Shown: positions 39,932 through 49,253 of the stretch, piece by piece
How positions within the stretch are numbered: the first letter of the stretch is position 1
Layout: every line of letters starts with the position of its first letter
From: Candidatus Zixiibacteriota bacterium
GTDB lineage: Bacteria; Zixibacteria; MSB-5A5; JAABVY01; JAHJOQ01
Assembly (NCBI GenBank): GCA_018820315.1
Contig: JAHJOQ010000073.1
Location: 81,281 to 145,280, forward strand
DNA length: 64,000 nt
Direction of reading: 5' to 3'
Notes under the pieces: generated by a model
Told to the model about the DNA's origin: nothing
What the model saw: only the letters and a program-made list of their open reading frames with translations
The model's database searches: none
Translations under genes and position numbers: made by a program

Positions 39932-41086
39932 ATGATCAGCTTTGCTGAAGACTATCTTAACAAAGCCCGGATCAAAGTGGTCGGCGTCGGGGGAGCAGGC
40001 AACAACGCAGTCAATCGCATGATCGATGCAGGTCTGGTTGGGGTCGAGTTCTTGGCGATCAACACTGACGCCCAGACGCTGGAGGGCTCGAAATGTGCGA
40101 ACAAAGTGCAGATCGGTAGCCGCTGCACAAAAGGCCTTGGAGCCGGAGCCGATCCGGAAATCGGTCGAAAGGCTATCGAAGAGGACCGGGAACTTGTTGC
40201 TGAAGGGTTCAGTGGCTGCGACATGGTGTTTGTCACCGCAGGCATGGGCGGCGGAACCGGCACCGGCGCGGCACCGATCGTCGCTGAGATCGCTCGCGAA
40301 GTCGGTGCTCTCACTGTGGCTGTCGTTACGAAGCCGTTCACTTTTGAAGGGAAGAAGCGTCTTAACAAGGCGCTGCTCGGCATCGACGAATTGAAGAGCC
40401 GTGTAGACACGATGATCGTAATTCCGAATCAGCGACTCATCGAAGTCGTCGACAAGGGCACGACGTTCACTCAGGCATTCCTGATGGCTGACGAGACCCT
40501 GCTGCACGCGACACGCGGAATATCGGATCTCATCACAATCCCCGGAATTATCAACTGCGATTTTGCCGATGTGAGAACCGTGATGCGCGGCAGGGGAGAG
40601 GCTTTGATGGGAACCGGTTTCGGCGAGGGCGAGAATGCCGGTGCCGATGCTGCCAAAGCAGCTATCAATTCACCACTGTTGGAGAACACCTGCATATCCG
40701 GTGCGAAGGGCGTTTTGATCAATGTCTGCGGTGGCGAGAACATGACTCTCACGCAGGTCAACGATGCGACAAACGTGATTTATGATGCTGCCGGAAGCGA
40801 TGCCGAAATCATATTCGGCGCGGTGATTGATCCGACTCTCGGCGACGAGATGCGCGTAACGGTTATCGCCACCGGATTCGGCAGATATGAGAAAGAGGTT
40901 TACGATTACGATACCAATGTTGTCGATCTGTTTCATCAGCAACGGGTTGCCTCGACACAAGAGGTCGTGACAATATCGAGAGATAAGAGGGTTGCGGTAG
41001 GTGCCGAGATGGTTCATGCCGGCGATATCGATCGCGACGATCTCGAGGTGCCGACGTTTCTGAGAAAGGCTATCGACAACAGGTAA
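39932..41086 (+). CDS. ftsZ: Cell division GTPase FtsZ
   Basis: Tubulin signature GGGTGTG ([17 protein letters not shown]) and the T7 loop NxDFAD. Confidence 0.95.
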   Translation: MISFAEDYLNKARIKVVGVGGAGNNAVNRMIDAGLVGVEFLAINTDAQTLEGSKCANKVQIGSRCTKGLGAGADPEIGRKAIEEDRELVAEGFSGCDMVFVTAGMGGGTGTGAAPIVAEIAREVGALTVAVVTKPFTFEGKKRLNKALLGIDELKSRVDTMIVIPNQRLIEVVDKGTTFTQAFLMADETLLHATRGISDLITIPGIINCDFADVRTVMRGRGEALMGTGFGEGENAGADAAKAAINSPLLENTCISGAKGVLINVCGGENMTLTQVNDATNVIYDAAGSDAEIIFGAVIDPTLGDEMRVTVIATGFGRYEKEVYDYDTNVVDLFHQQRVASTQEVVTISRDKRVAVGAEMVHAGDIDRDDLEVPTFLRKAIDNR

Positions 41087-41129
41087 TTAGTCCCACCCTG
41101 TTCCTCAACCAGCCGAGGATAGGGATAAC

Positions 41130-41159
41130 GAGAGCCTCCGCACCCACTCGGAGGCTCTC
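41130..41159. repeat. GC-rich perfect hairpin (11 bp stem) downstream of ftsZ at the edge of the REP/RAYT insertion
   Basis: GAGAGCCTCCGcacccactCGGAGGCTCTC. No convincing U-tract follows, so terminator function is uncertain. Confidence 0.4.
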
Positions 41160-41206
41160 ACCTGATGGTCTTCTGCAAGACACGCTGCTCATGCTCTGAT
41201 ACAACG

Positions 41207-41230
41207 CCGTCAGGAATCCTTTCCTGACGG
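41207..41230. repeat. REP palindrome copy 1 (CCGTCAGGAA-tcct-TTCCTGACGG)
   Basis: Perfect 10 bp inverted arms around a 4 nt loop. Overlaps the 3' end of the RAYT gene. Confidence 0.85.
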
Positions 41231-41797
41231 AATCCCACCGTAACCAATGCACGTCCATTCACTGTCAACGGGAATCAATATGTCCTCCCTGCCACCATAT
41301 GCTGACGCGCTCGAGTACCGCCACTGCCACGGTTCCTCAACCAGACCCTTACGAACAGGGTTGTTATGAATGTACTCAATCTTCTGTCGCAAGATATCCT
41401 CAGATGAGATCACCAGACTATCGAACCGTGGCTTCCATAGAGCCGATCCCTTCCCCGATTCGCGCGCTGTGGCGCGCCGAGCGCGGCAGATAGTCTCCTG
41501 TATGTCTGGCCCCGCGTCCAGCCGCCCGATTTGTCTTGCTGTGTAGCGTTTGAGGTTGCCGACTATTTCAGAGATTGTCTTGTCCTCTGCCCGTTTGACG
41601 ATCATGTGGAAGTGATTCGCCATCAGAACCCATGCCAACAGAGTGAAATCACCTCGCCTCTGACAGAAGCGAAGACAGTCGACGAAGATGGCACATGTCT
41701 GCTTGTTATTGAATACGTTGATGAATCCCGCCACTGTGGATGTTACGAAGTGCACTTTTCCGTGGACATCGAAAAGTGCACGGTCGCGGCTTCTCAA
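41210..41797 (-). mobile_element. REP-associated tyrosine transposase (RAYT; IS200/IS605 TnpA-like Y1 HUH transposase)
   Basis: HUH motif (MANHFHMIV), a conserved downstream Tyr region (WQ..FD...I...KIEYIHNNPVRKGLVEEPWQWRYSS), ~190 aa, flanked by REP hairpins. Confidence 0.85.
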
Positions 41798-41814
41798 TTA
41801 CGCCTCCTTTGTTT

Positions 41815-41837
41815 CGTCAGGAATTCTTTCCTGGCGG
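41815..41837. repeat. REP palindrome copy 2 (CGTCAGGAA-ttct-TTCCTGGCGG; one arm mismatch)
   Basis: Immediately upstream of the RAYT start, 24 bp from copy 3. Confidence 0.75.
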
Positions 41838-41861
41838 AATGCTGCTGGGTCAGCACTTGTG

Positions 41862-41885
41862 CCGTCAGGAATCCCTTCCTGACGG
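41862..41885. repeat. REP palindrome copy 3 (CCGTCAGGAA-tccc-TTCCTGACGG)
   Basis: Perfect copy that overlaps the 3' end of the HEPN-like ORF. Confidence 0.85.
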
Positions 41886-42470
41886 CTCCGGGGAATCAGT
41901 CATTTGTGAAGAGCTATCGTCCCGAGTCCCGCTTTGCAGTTCTTTAGTACTTTGGAGAGGTTCCATGACCCATCCAACGGCTCGGTGTACATACGTGGAT
42001 TCAAGAGCAGGCGGCGGTGGTTTGATGTTTTTCATTGAGTATCCCCAGTCGCTCACGAGATTGTGCGCTGCGGCGAGATCATTGGCGGCCTCTCGTAGCG
42101 TGGAGATTCGTGCGGATAGTCTCAAATCGTCATTACTGGGAAAGTACCACAGAAGAGCTGCATCGTGAGCAATATAGTTCCGGGCAAGTCTCGCCATGTC
42201 GAGCAGTGACAGATTGCCTTCCGTTGTTCCGTGCACATTGCCATACTTCTTCACGGCGTTGGCAAGCCGGTTCTCCATCGTCTTCTCCGCTATATTCTGC
42301 CAAGTGTCAAGGTCTTGTTCTTTGCCTTCTCTGACGCCTTTGACAAAGTCAAAAAGGCAAAGGACATCCTTGCATGTATACTCAAAATGCTGACTCAGCA
42401 CCAACGCTCGGCCCACTGCTGCAAGGTAGTTCAGCTCACAACTGCTCGCTTTGCTGAAATCAATCCACAT
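41865..42470 (-). CDS. Hypothetical protein with a HEPN-type RNxxxH motif (candidate HEPN RNase / Abi-like cargo)
   Basis: The RNYIAH segment (RNxxxH; HEPN consensus is R-x4-6-H, often RN-x3-H) lies in a predicted helical context (LLDMARLARNYIAHDAALLWYF), 201 aa. The ORF is bounded by inverted REP copies 3 and 4. No recognisable partner gene. Confidence 0.4.
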   Translation of the reverse strand: MWIDFSKASSCELNYLAAVGRALVLSQHFEYTCKDVLCLFDFVKGVREGKEQDLDTWQNIAEKTMENRLANAVKKYGNVHGTTEGNLSLLDMARLARNYIAHDAALLWYFPSNDDLRLSARISTLREAANDLAAAHNLVSDWGYSMKNIKPPPPALESTYVHRAVGWVMEPLQSTKELQSGTRDDSSSQMTDSPEPSGRDS

Positions 42471-42505
42471 ACAACGTCCTCAGCTTTGCATTGTTCTTTG
42501 CGATT

Positions 42506-42529
42506 CCGTCAGGAAGGGATTCCTGACGG
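42506..42529. repeat. REP palindrome copy 4 (CCGTCAGGAA-ggga-TTCCTGACGG; inverted relative to copies 1-3)
   Basis: The loop is the reverse complement of the copy 3 loop, so copies 3 and 4 form an inverted pair around the cargo ORF. Confidence 0.85.
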
Positions 42530-42627
42530 CGCATTTGCCGTTGCGTCTCTTGCTGTGCCCCTGTTGCTCTGCCGCGTATTCTTAATCAGTTCATTATATC
42601 GATAACCAGTGCGTCGCGCAATCACAA

Positions 42628-42659
42628 ACGCAAAAAACCCCCGGCATGCCGAGGGTTTT
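42628..42659 (-). terminator. Rho-independent terminator downstream of rpmB
   Basis: AAAACCCUCGGCAUGCCGGGGGUUUUUU on the minus strand, directly after the rpmB stop. Confidence 0.7.
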
Positions 42660-42681
42660 GAAATCGGAATCGAGATTCTTA

Positions 42682-42873
42682 TTATGCGGCTTTGGTGACT
42701 TTGCCTGCTTTGAGGCAGGAAGAGCAGACTCTGATCTTCTTCGTCTGTCCGTTGATCTTCGCGCGCACCGGATGAAGATTCGGGTTGAATCTCCGGTTGC
42801 TCACATTGTGCGCGTGAGAGATCGTAGAGCCGAACATCGGCTTCTTTCCGCATATGTCACAAACTTTCGCCAT
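42682..42873 (-). CDS. rpmB: 50S ribosomal protein L28
   Basis: [15 protein letters not shown]...[14 protein letters not shown], 63 aa. Confidence 0.93.
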   Translation of the reverse strand: MAKVCDICGKKPMFGSTISHAHNVSNRRFNPNLHPVRAKINGQTKKIRVCSSCLKAGKVTKAA

Positions 42874-42936
42874 TTTTGCTCCTCTAAGAAGTTAGCCCTG
42901 TAATATATGTACAGAATCCGATCTGGCAAGTCTTTT

Positions 42937-45612
42937 CTACCAGCCCATGAGCTGTTCCAGATTGTTATTTATCTTGTCTGCCATCGACTCAAAATCGTCC
43001 CGTTTCCGCTTCTCGCGCTCAACAACATCGGGCGCAGCCTTCGACAGAAACTCCGGATTGCCGAGTTTGCGGCCGATCTTGAACAACTGATCCCGGACCT
43101 GATCGAGGTCTTTCTTGAGCCGCGATCGCTCTCTATCAATGTCGATCAGACCTTCAAGCGGTATAAACACTTCCGCGTCCTTGATCACTGCAGAAGCCGA
43201 CAAATTCGGCCGTTTGGTGTCGGACCCGACGTGGAAATCGTTGATTCTGCCCAATTCAGTAATGTAGGTCGAATGAGTCTTCAGGGCCTCGGCAAGCTCT
43301 TCTGACGCTACTCTCACGTGCACATCAGCACGCTTCGATGGGGGAACGTTCATCTCGGCACGGACCGCTCTTATCGCGTTCACCACCGACTGGATGCTCT
43401 CCATTCCCGATTCAAGCTGCGGATCGATCCACTTGTTGTCATGTTTCGGATATTCCGCCACGATGATAGTGTGGCCCTTAGCCTCCCCGTCGGAGCTGTG
43501 CAGTCCCTGCCAGATTTCCTCGGTCACAAACGGCATATATGGATTTAGCAGCAGCAGAATCTTGTTGAGCACAAAGCTCACAACGTTGCGCGCTGCCTCT
43601 TTATCATCAGCATTCGCATCATCCCGGAGGCGCGACTTGACAAGCTCCACATACCAGTCACAGAAATCGTGCCAGATGAAGTCGTATAGCACTTTCGCGC
43701 CGGCGTTGAAACGAAATGTATCGAGGTTGGTTCGTACAGCTTTGATCGTCTGGTTCAACCGCGACAGAATCCACTCGTCCATCAGCGCGAGGTTGCCGTT
43801 CTGTTTGATATCTGCGAAGTACTCCGGCGATATGTTGTCGCCGAGATTCATCATCACGAAGCGAGATGCATTCCAAAGCTTGTTCGCGAAATTGCGACCC
43901 TGCTCGAACGTATTGAACGATATGCATGGGTCCTGACCTTCAGGTGTCGACAGCACGAGCGAAATCCTGAGCGCATCGGCGCCATGTTCCTTGATGATGT
44001 CGCGCGGATCGATGCCGTTGCCGAGCGATTTCGACATCTTGCGTCCCTGCGAATCGCGAACTGTGCCATGAATGTAAACATCGGTGAAAGGGATATCTCC
44101 GAGGAACTTGTACCCGGCCATCACCATTCTGGCCACCCAGAGATAGATGATTTCGGACGCCGTGAAGAGCGAATTCGTCGGATAGAATCTCTTCAGATCC
44201 GGAGTCTCCTCCGGCCAGCCGAATGTCGAGAACGGCCAGAGCCATGACGAGAACCATGTATCGAGAACATCGGGATCCTGCTCAACATCCTTCGACTTGC
44301 ATTCAGGGCACTCTCGCGGTGTATCCTTTGCCACCCAGACATGATCGCAATCCTGGCAGTAGAATATCGGAATCCGATGTCCCCACCAGAGCTGCCGCGA
44401 GATGCACCAGTCGCGCACGTTCTCCAGCCAGTAGAGATAAGTCTTTTCCCAATGTTCTGGATGAAACCGCAATTTGCCGCTCTTAACAGCTTCGATTGCG
44501 GGTTCTGCAAGCGGCTTCATGCGAACATACCACTGTTTCGACAGGTACGGTTCGAGAACAGTACCACATCGATAGCAGACGCCAACCGAAAGATCGTACT
44601 TCTCCGTCTTTTCGAGATGCCCTTTCTTCTCAAGCTCTTTGAGCAGCGCCTTGCGACCCTCGTAACGATCCATACCCTTGAACTTGCCTGCGTTCTCATT
44701 GAGAGAGGCATCGGGATTCATGACATTGATCTGCGGCAGATCATGCCGAAGACCGATCTGGAAGTCGTTCGGATCGTGCGCGGGTGTGACTTTCACCACA
44801 CCGGTGCCGAATTCGGGGTCGACATAGTCATCCGCAATGATCGGTATCTCGCGATCGAGAATCGGCAGGATCGCCGTCTGGCCGACATATTTCTGGTAGC
44901 GTTGATCTTTTGGGGACACAGCCAACGCGGCATCGCCAAGCATAGTCTCGGGACGTGTCGTCGCCACCGTCAGAAACTGGTCCGCTCCGGCGATTTTGTA
45001 TTTGATATACCAGAGGTGCGAATGCTGATCCTGATATTCGACCTCGTCATCCGACAGCGATGTAAGGTCCTTCGGGCACCAGTTCGTGATGTAATGACCC
45101 TTGTAAATCAGCTTCTCGTTGAATAGCCGGATGAAGACTTCTTTCACGGCATCTGATAGTCCCTCGTCCATCGTGAATCTCGTACGATCCCAGTCGCAGG
45201 AGCAGCCAATGAGCTTCAACTGGTCTATGATGGCGTCAAATTTCTCTTCTTTCCACTTCCAGACACGCTCGACAAACTTCTCTCTTCCGATCTCCTGGCG
45301 GGTCGTTTTCTCTTTCACGAGCTGCTTTTCGACCACAACCTGAGTGGCGATTCCGGCATGATCTACGCCCGGCAGCCACTCGGTTTCGAAGCCAGCCATG
45401 CGTCTGTAACGGATCATTATGTCCTGCAGACTGTTATTGAGGGCGTGGCCTATGTGGAGTATATCAGTGACGTTCGGCGGCGGAATGACAATCGTGTACG
45501 GTGTCTTGCCATTGTCGGTAGCGTCAGCGTGGAAATACCCGCCGTCGAGCCAATGCTTGTACCATTTCTTCTCGGCGGACTTGAAGTCGTAATGTTTCGG
45601 TATCTCTGTCAT
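42937..45612 (-). CDS. valS: Valyl-tRNA synthetase
   Basis: HIGH (ILHIGHALNNSLQD) and KMSKS motifs and a C-terminal coiled coil, ~890 aa. The preferred start is the second ATG (MTEIPKHYDF), which has a GGAG RBS and aligns with the E. coli ValS N-terminus. Confidence 0.93.
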   Translation of the reverse strand: MTEIPKHYDFKSAEKKWYKHWLDGGYFHADATDNGKTPYTIVIPPPNVTDILHIGHALNNSLQDIMIRYRRMAGFETEWLPGVDHAGIATQVVVEKQLVKEKTTRQEIGREKFVERVWKWKEEKFDAIIDQLKLIGCSCDWDRTRFTMDEGLSDAVKEVFIRLFNEKLIYKGHYITNWCPKDLTSLSDDEVEYQDQHSHLWYIKYKIAGADQFLTVATTRPETMLGDAALAVSPKDQRYQKYVGQTAILPILDREIPIIADDYVDPEFGTGVVKVTPAHDPNDFQIGLRHDLPQINVMNPDASLNENAGKFKGMDRYEGRKALLKELEKKGHLEKTEKYDLSVGVCYRCGTVLEPYLSKQWYVRMKPLAEPAIEAVKSGKLRFHPEHWEKTYLYWLENVRDWCISRQLWWGHRIPIFYCQDCDHVWVAKDTPRECPECKSKDVEQDPDVLDTWFSSWLWPFSTFGWPEETPDLKRFYPTNSLFTASEIIYLWVARMVMAGYKFLGDIPFTDVYIHGTVRDSQGRKMSKSLGNGIDPRDIIKEHGADALRISLVLSTPEGQDPCISFNTFEQGRNFANKLWNASRFVMMNLGDNISPEYFADIKQNGNLALMDEWILSRLNQTIKAVRTNLDTFRFNAGAKVLYDFIWHDFCDWYVELVKSRLRDDANADDKEAARNVVSFVLNKILLLLNPYMPFVTEEIWQGLHSSDGEAKGHTIIVAEYPKHDNKWIDPQLESGMESIQSVVNAIRAVRAEMNVPPSKRADVHVRVASEELAEALKTHSTYITELGRINDFHVGSDTKRPNLSASAVIKDAEVFIPLEGLIDIDRERSRLKKDLDQVRDQLFKIGRKLGNPEFLSKAAPDVVEREKRKRDDFESMADKINNNLEQLMGW

Positions 45613-45765
45613 TTCTCCGCTTCCTGAAAATTCAGCCGTCAATTACAGGGAAATGTGCCCGGAAGTCAAGGCAAACCTATTTAGACTTTGACCTGGGGCG
45701 TCCAGTTGACTATTATCCAGAAGTATCGGATTAATACGTGTATTGTTGACGAAAGGTTCTCTCTT

Positions 45766-46542
45766 ATGTCAAGCTTTTATGAACTCGTTGATATCATGAA
45801 GAAACTGCGGGGACCTGAGGGCTGCCCATGGGATATAGAGCAGACCCATAAGTCATTGATTCCCTATTTATTAGAGGAGACGTACGAGGTTATCGAGCGG
45901 ATTGAAGAGGCTGACCCGGTGAAGCTGAAGGATGAGCTGGGGGATCTTCTGCTGCAGATCGTGTTTCATGCTCAGATCGCGTCCGATGTGGGCGAATTCG
46001 ACATAGAGGATATCTCGAAGGCTATATCTGATAAGCTTGTACGGCGGCATCCACATGTTTTCGAGAAGAAGGCTGATCTCACGCCTGATCAGGTAACGGT
46101 CAACTGGGAGCATATAAAGCTCGAAAAAGACGAGCCTCGCGACGGCGAGCGGAACTCGGTGTTGTCTGGTGTGCCGAAGAGCCTTCCGGCGCTACTGCGG
46201 GCGTATAGGGTGCAGGAGAAGGCGGCGCGGTTCGGGTTTGATTGGGAGAAGATCGAGGATATAATAGTCAAGCTCGACGAAGAGACCGTTGAATTGAAGT
46301 CTGAACTTGCAGATAAGAATGAATCCGGCATTATCGAGGAACTGGGCGATCTGCTCTTCACCGTCGTAAATATCGCGCGGTTCCTGAAGATCGACCCCGA
46401 ACGCGCATTGAATCGCATCACGAATAAGTTCAAGACACGGTTCGAATATATCGAGACCCGCCTCGCTGAATCGGATCGCACTGTCGCAGACGCCACCCTT
46501 GCGGAAATGGACAAACTCTGGGACGAGTCGAAGAGGAGGTAG
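45766..46542 (+). CDS. mazG: Nucleoside triphosphate pyrophosphohydrolase MazG
   Basis: GCPWDIEQTHKSL...EETYEV...ELGDLL are MazG motifs, duplicated in the N- and C-terminal halves. Confidence 0.88.
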   Translation: MSSFYELVDIMKKLRGPEGCPWDIEQTHKSLIPYLLEETYEVIERIEEADPVKLKDELGDLLLQIVFHAQIASDVGEFDIEDISKAISDKLVRRHPHVFEKKADLTPDQVTVNWEHIKLEKDEPRDGERNSVLSGVPKSLPALLRAYRVQEKAARFGFDWEKIEDIIVKLDEETVELKSELADKNESGIIEELGDLLFTVVNIARFLKIDPERALNRITNKFKTRFEYIETRLAESDRTVADATLAEMDKLWDESKRR

Positions 46543-46567
46543 ATGGCTGTGGGGCGCAGCATAACGG

Positions 46568-47773
46568 ATGCGATCTCTGGTCGCCCGGCAATTGCCAATG
46601 GTGAAGGAGGGCAGGGTGAATAGCAGAGAAAGCTACCAACAGGTCATTGAGGATATCTTCGGGGCTGGCGTGAGCACTTTTGATTGCAGCAAGGACATTC
46701 GAAACAATGTGACCGGTGCCATCAATAATGAAAACTACCGGCCATTCACGAGAAACTTTGTCGCCAGACTGGAGAGACTTAGAACGACTTACGAAGGCCA
46801 TGTCTCGTTCGGCGACCTCCTCAGACAAGTCAATATTGTAGCTGAAAGTGGTCTTTGGCGTGGTGCAGTAGCCGAGTTGGCTGCCTACGACTTCTTAAGT
46901 TGGAAGATACTCGAAGGGGATCGGATACTGTCTGAACCTGCCGAGTTGAATGTAGATCTGAGAAAGGAGCAGACATATGCGGCGGAACTCGGTAAGAAGT
47001 TCGCAAATGTTGACGGTTGTTTTAGGGGAATTGACGTTTACTTCGACGTCAAATGTCTCGGTGACGCTGCTTCGGCGTTGCTTAGAAGTGCAATCAAGGA
47101 GATCGTTAGCGAACTCGATATTCCAGGTTTGTGGATAGTCCCGGAATTCGCGAAGGACTTGGATTACGAGCTGATTCAAGACAATTGGTGTGCCCTCAAG
47201 CACGAATTAATTCGGGCTGCACGACACAACCAAGTAGTGAATCAAGTGAAATCAAATGTCGTGAAAGGGCTTGGTTTCAGTCTGAAGCGCGGACCCGGAG
47301 TAATGGCAACCGAAAGCAGCCACAATCCGTACCGTCATGCAGAAGTCTATTGGTCTAGAGTTTTCGGGCATTGTGACAAGTTTGTGAAAAACAGCCCGTT
47401 TATGCTTGTGTACGTCGTATTCCCATGGTTTAACAACACTCTCAGGCCGCATGGGGGCGAAAGTCTGACATTTTATCGGGCGTTAACTAGACGGGTTTTC
47501 TGTCAATGGATCGGTCATAAGACGCGTTTAGATACCGTACTTGATGACTTTCATAGTGATTGTACTATATGCGAAGTATCGCAGAGCCTTTCTGGGATAC
47601 TCTTCTTAGAGGACAATGTCATACAGGGTGAGAATCCTGATCATCACAATTTGATCGCGCACATGTATCTTAATCCTAATGCTGAACACAGCTTGAAACG
47701 GACGCTATTCTTTGATTTTGCGCTGACTTCTGGTCTTGATACGTTTGATGACTTTGAGCATGATAATTACTGA
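46568..47773 (+). CDS. Hypothetical protein (no recognised family); possible PD-(D/E)xK nuclease-like N-terminal half
   Basis: ~390-401 aa ORF with a GGAGG RBS before a GTG at ~46617. GC and codon usage are visibly lower than the neighbours. The E...D-x12-DVK pattern (AELGKKFANVDGCFRGIDVYFDVKC) is compatible with a restriction-endonuclease fold. Confidence 0.45.
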   Translation: MRSLVARQLPMVKEGRVNSRESYQQVIEDIFGAGVSTFDCSKDIRNNVTGAINNENYRPFTRNFVARLERLRTTYEGHVSFGDLLRQVNIVAESGLWRGAVAELAAYDFLSWKILEGDRILSEPAELNVDLRKEQTYAAELGKKFANVDGCFRGIDVYFDVKCLGDAASALLRSAIKEIVSELDIPGLWIVPEFAKDLDYELIQDNWCALKHELIRAARHNQVVNQVKSNVVKGLGFSLKRGPGVMATESSHNPYRHAEVYWSRVFGHCDKFVKNSPFMLVYVVFPWFNNTLRPHGGESLTFYRALTRRVFCQWIGHKTRLDTVLDDFHSDCTICEVSQSLSGILFLEDNVIQGENPDHHNLIAHMYLNPNAEHSLKRTLFFDFALTSGLDTFDDFEHDNY

Positions 47774-47797
47774 CAGCACGAGGACGTACACCAACCA

Positions 47798-47832
47798 CAA
47801 ATCGTGTTCTGTTGGTGCGCGGGGATATACAC
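47798..47832. terminator. Hairpin between the convergent genes (possible bidirectional terminator)
   Basis: CACCAACcacaaatcgtgttctGTTGGTG; ACACCAACCA is also present as a direct repeat. Confidence 0.3.
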
Positions 47833-47849
47833 CAACCAATATTCTATGA

Positions 47850-48146
47850 CTAAATCTCACCTGCCAGTTCGACAATGCGCTTGTACGGAATCGCGATCCA
47901 GCTCTCTGCCGAAAATGCGCCGTTGGCCATGCTGATCATCGAGACTTTGGCAGCTGTCTCCTCATCGGGAGCTTCATAGATGTCACAGAAATCATAAGAA
48001 CCGAGCAGGGCGTAGTGAGCGAGAAATTTCACCTCGGGACATTTTTCCCTGACCTGTTCCAGCCAGCTCTTGCCGATTGTTTCGCGGTCCTTTATCTTCG
48101 CTGCGACCTCTGGCGACAGTTTCGTCATCAGCATAAATGTCTTCAT
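47850..48146 (-). CDS. GYD-domain protein
   Basis: ~98 aa with the GxYD motif (LLGSYDF) and a strong RBS (GGAGGTG). Confidence 0.7.
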   Translation of the reverse strand: MKTFMLMTKLSPEVAAKIKDRETIGKSWLEQVREKCPEVKFLAHYALLGSYDFCDIYEAPDEETAAKVSMISMANGAFSAESWIAIPYKRIVELAGEI

Positions 48147-48327
48147 TTGAACACCTCCGTTAATTTCGATCTATTAGTATGACCAATTGGTCGTTACTTA
48201 TCGAGAGGTCATCCCTGATGTACATTCGAGTTGTTGCTACCTGATGGACTCACTAGTAAATGTAGCACACGATTCGGGAGTTGTGAAGAAAAAACTGACG
48301 ATGAGGGACTGCAGTGGAATGGAATCG

Positions 48328-48924
48328 TCAGAAGTCTTGTCTGCCCTGAAGCGCTTTGGTAAGGGTGTTCTGATCGGCGTATTCGATGTCGGATCCGATC
48401 GGCAGGCCGCGCGCGATCCGCGTGACTCTGATTTTTAGCGGTTTGACGAGTCGAGAGACATAGACGGCTGTGGCCTCGCCCTCGACATTAGGATTGGTTG
48501 CGATTATTACCTCTTTGATCTCGTCTTTCAGTCGCGAAACAAACTCTTTGAATCTAAGTTGCTCAGGGCCGATGCCGTCGAGAGGGGAGAGGGCACCCTG
48601 AAGGACGTGGTACAATCCTCGGTACTCGCCGCTTTTCTCGATCGCCAGGATGTCGTTGGCTTCTTCGACGACGCAGATTGTCGTATTGTCCCGTTTGGGA
48701 TCGGTACATATAGCGCACGGGTCGGTCTCGGTGATGTTGGAGCAGATCGAGCAGCGGACGATTTTTTCCTTAACATCGACAATCGCCCTCGCCAGACTTC
48801 TGGCATCCTCTTTCTTCATCTTGAGAATCCAGAATGTAAGTCTCTGGGCGGTCTTGCGACCTATGCCGGGAAGCTTCGACAGCTCTCCGATCAGCTTCTC
48901 AACCGATTGTGCTGACTTGAACAT
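48328..48924 (-). CDS. recR: Recombination protein RecR
   Basis: C4 zinc finger (CSICSN...CAICTD), Toprim domain, 198 aa. Confidence 0.92.
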   Translation of the reverse strand: MFKSAQSVEKLIGELSKLPGIGRKTAQRLTFWILKMKKEDARSLARAIVDVKEKIVRCSICSNITETDPCAICTDPKRDNTTICVVEEANDILAIEKSGEYRGLYHVLQGALSPLDGIGPEQLRFKEFVSRLKDEIKEVIIATNPNVEGEATAVYVSRLVKPLKIRVTRIARGLPIGSDIEYADQNTLTKALQGRQDF

Positions 48925-48929
48925 AATAG

Positions 48930-49253
48930 TTAGAACGGCAAATTCATGCCGGGGATTTTCATGCCACCGGTTATTGCGGCCATTTTCTCGGCAGCAAGTT
49001 CCTGTGCATTCTGCTGAGCCTGATTGACTGCTGCAACTATCAGATCCTCGAGCATCTCAACGTCTTCGGGGTCCACGACTTCTTTTTCTATCTTGACCTG
49101 AACGATCTCCTGCTTACCGTTGGCGATCACTTTTACCATGCCGCCGCCTGAAGTTCCCTCGATGCGCTCCTCTTCGAGCTCGGCCTGGATCTCTTCCATT
49201 TTGGCCTGCATCTTCTGAACCTGTTTCATCATATCGCCTAAACCTTTACCCAT
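48930..49253 (-). CDS. ybaB: Nucleoid-associated protein YbaB/EbfC
   Basis: 107 aa; conserved dnaX-ybaB-recR synteny; MGKGLGDMMKQVQKMQ N-terminus. Confidence 0.9.
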   Translation of the reverse strand: MGKGLGDMMKQVQKMQAKMEEIQAELEEERIEGTSGGGMVKVIANGKQEIVQVKIEKEVVDPEDVEMLEDLIVAAVNQAQQNAQELAAEKMAAITGGMKIPGMNLPF

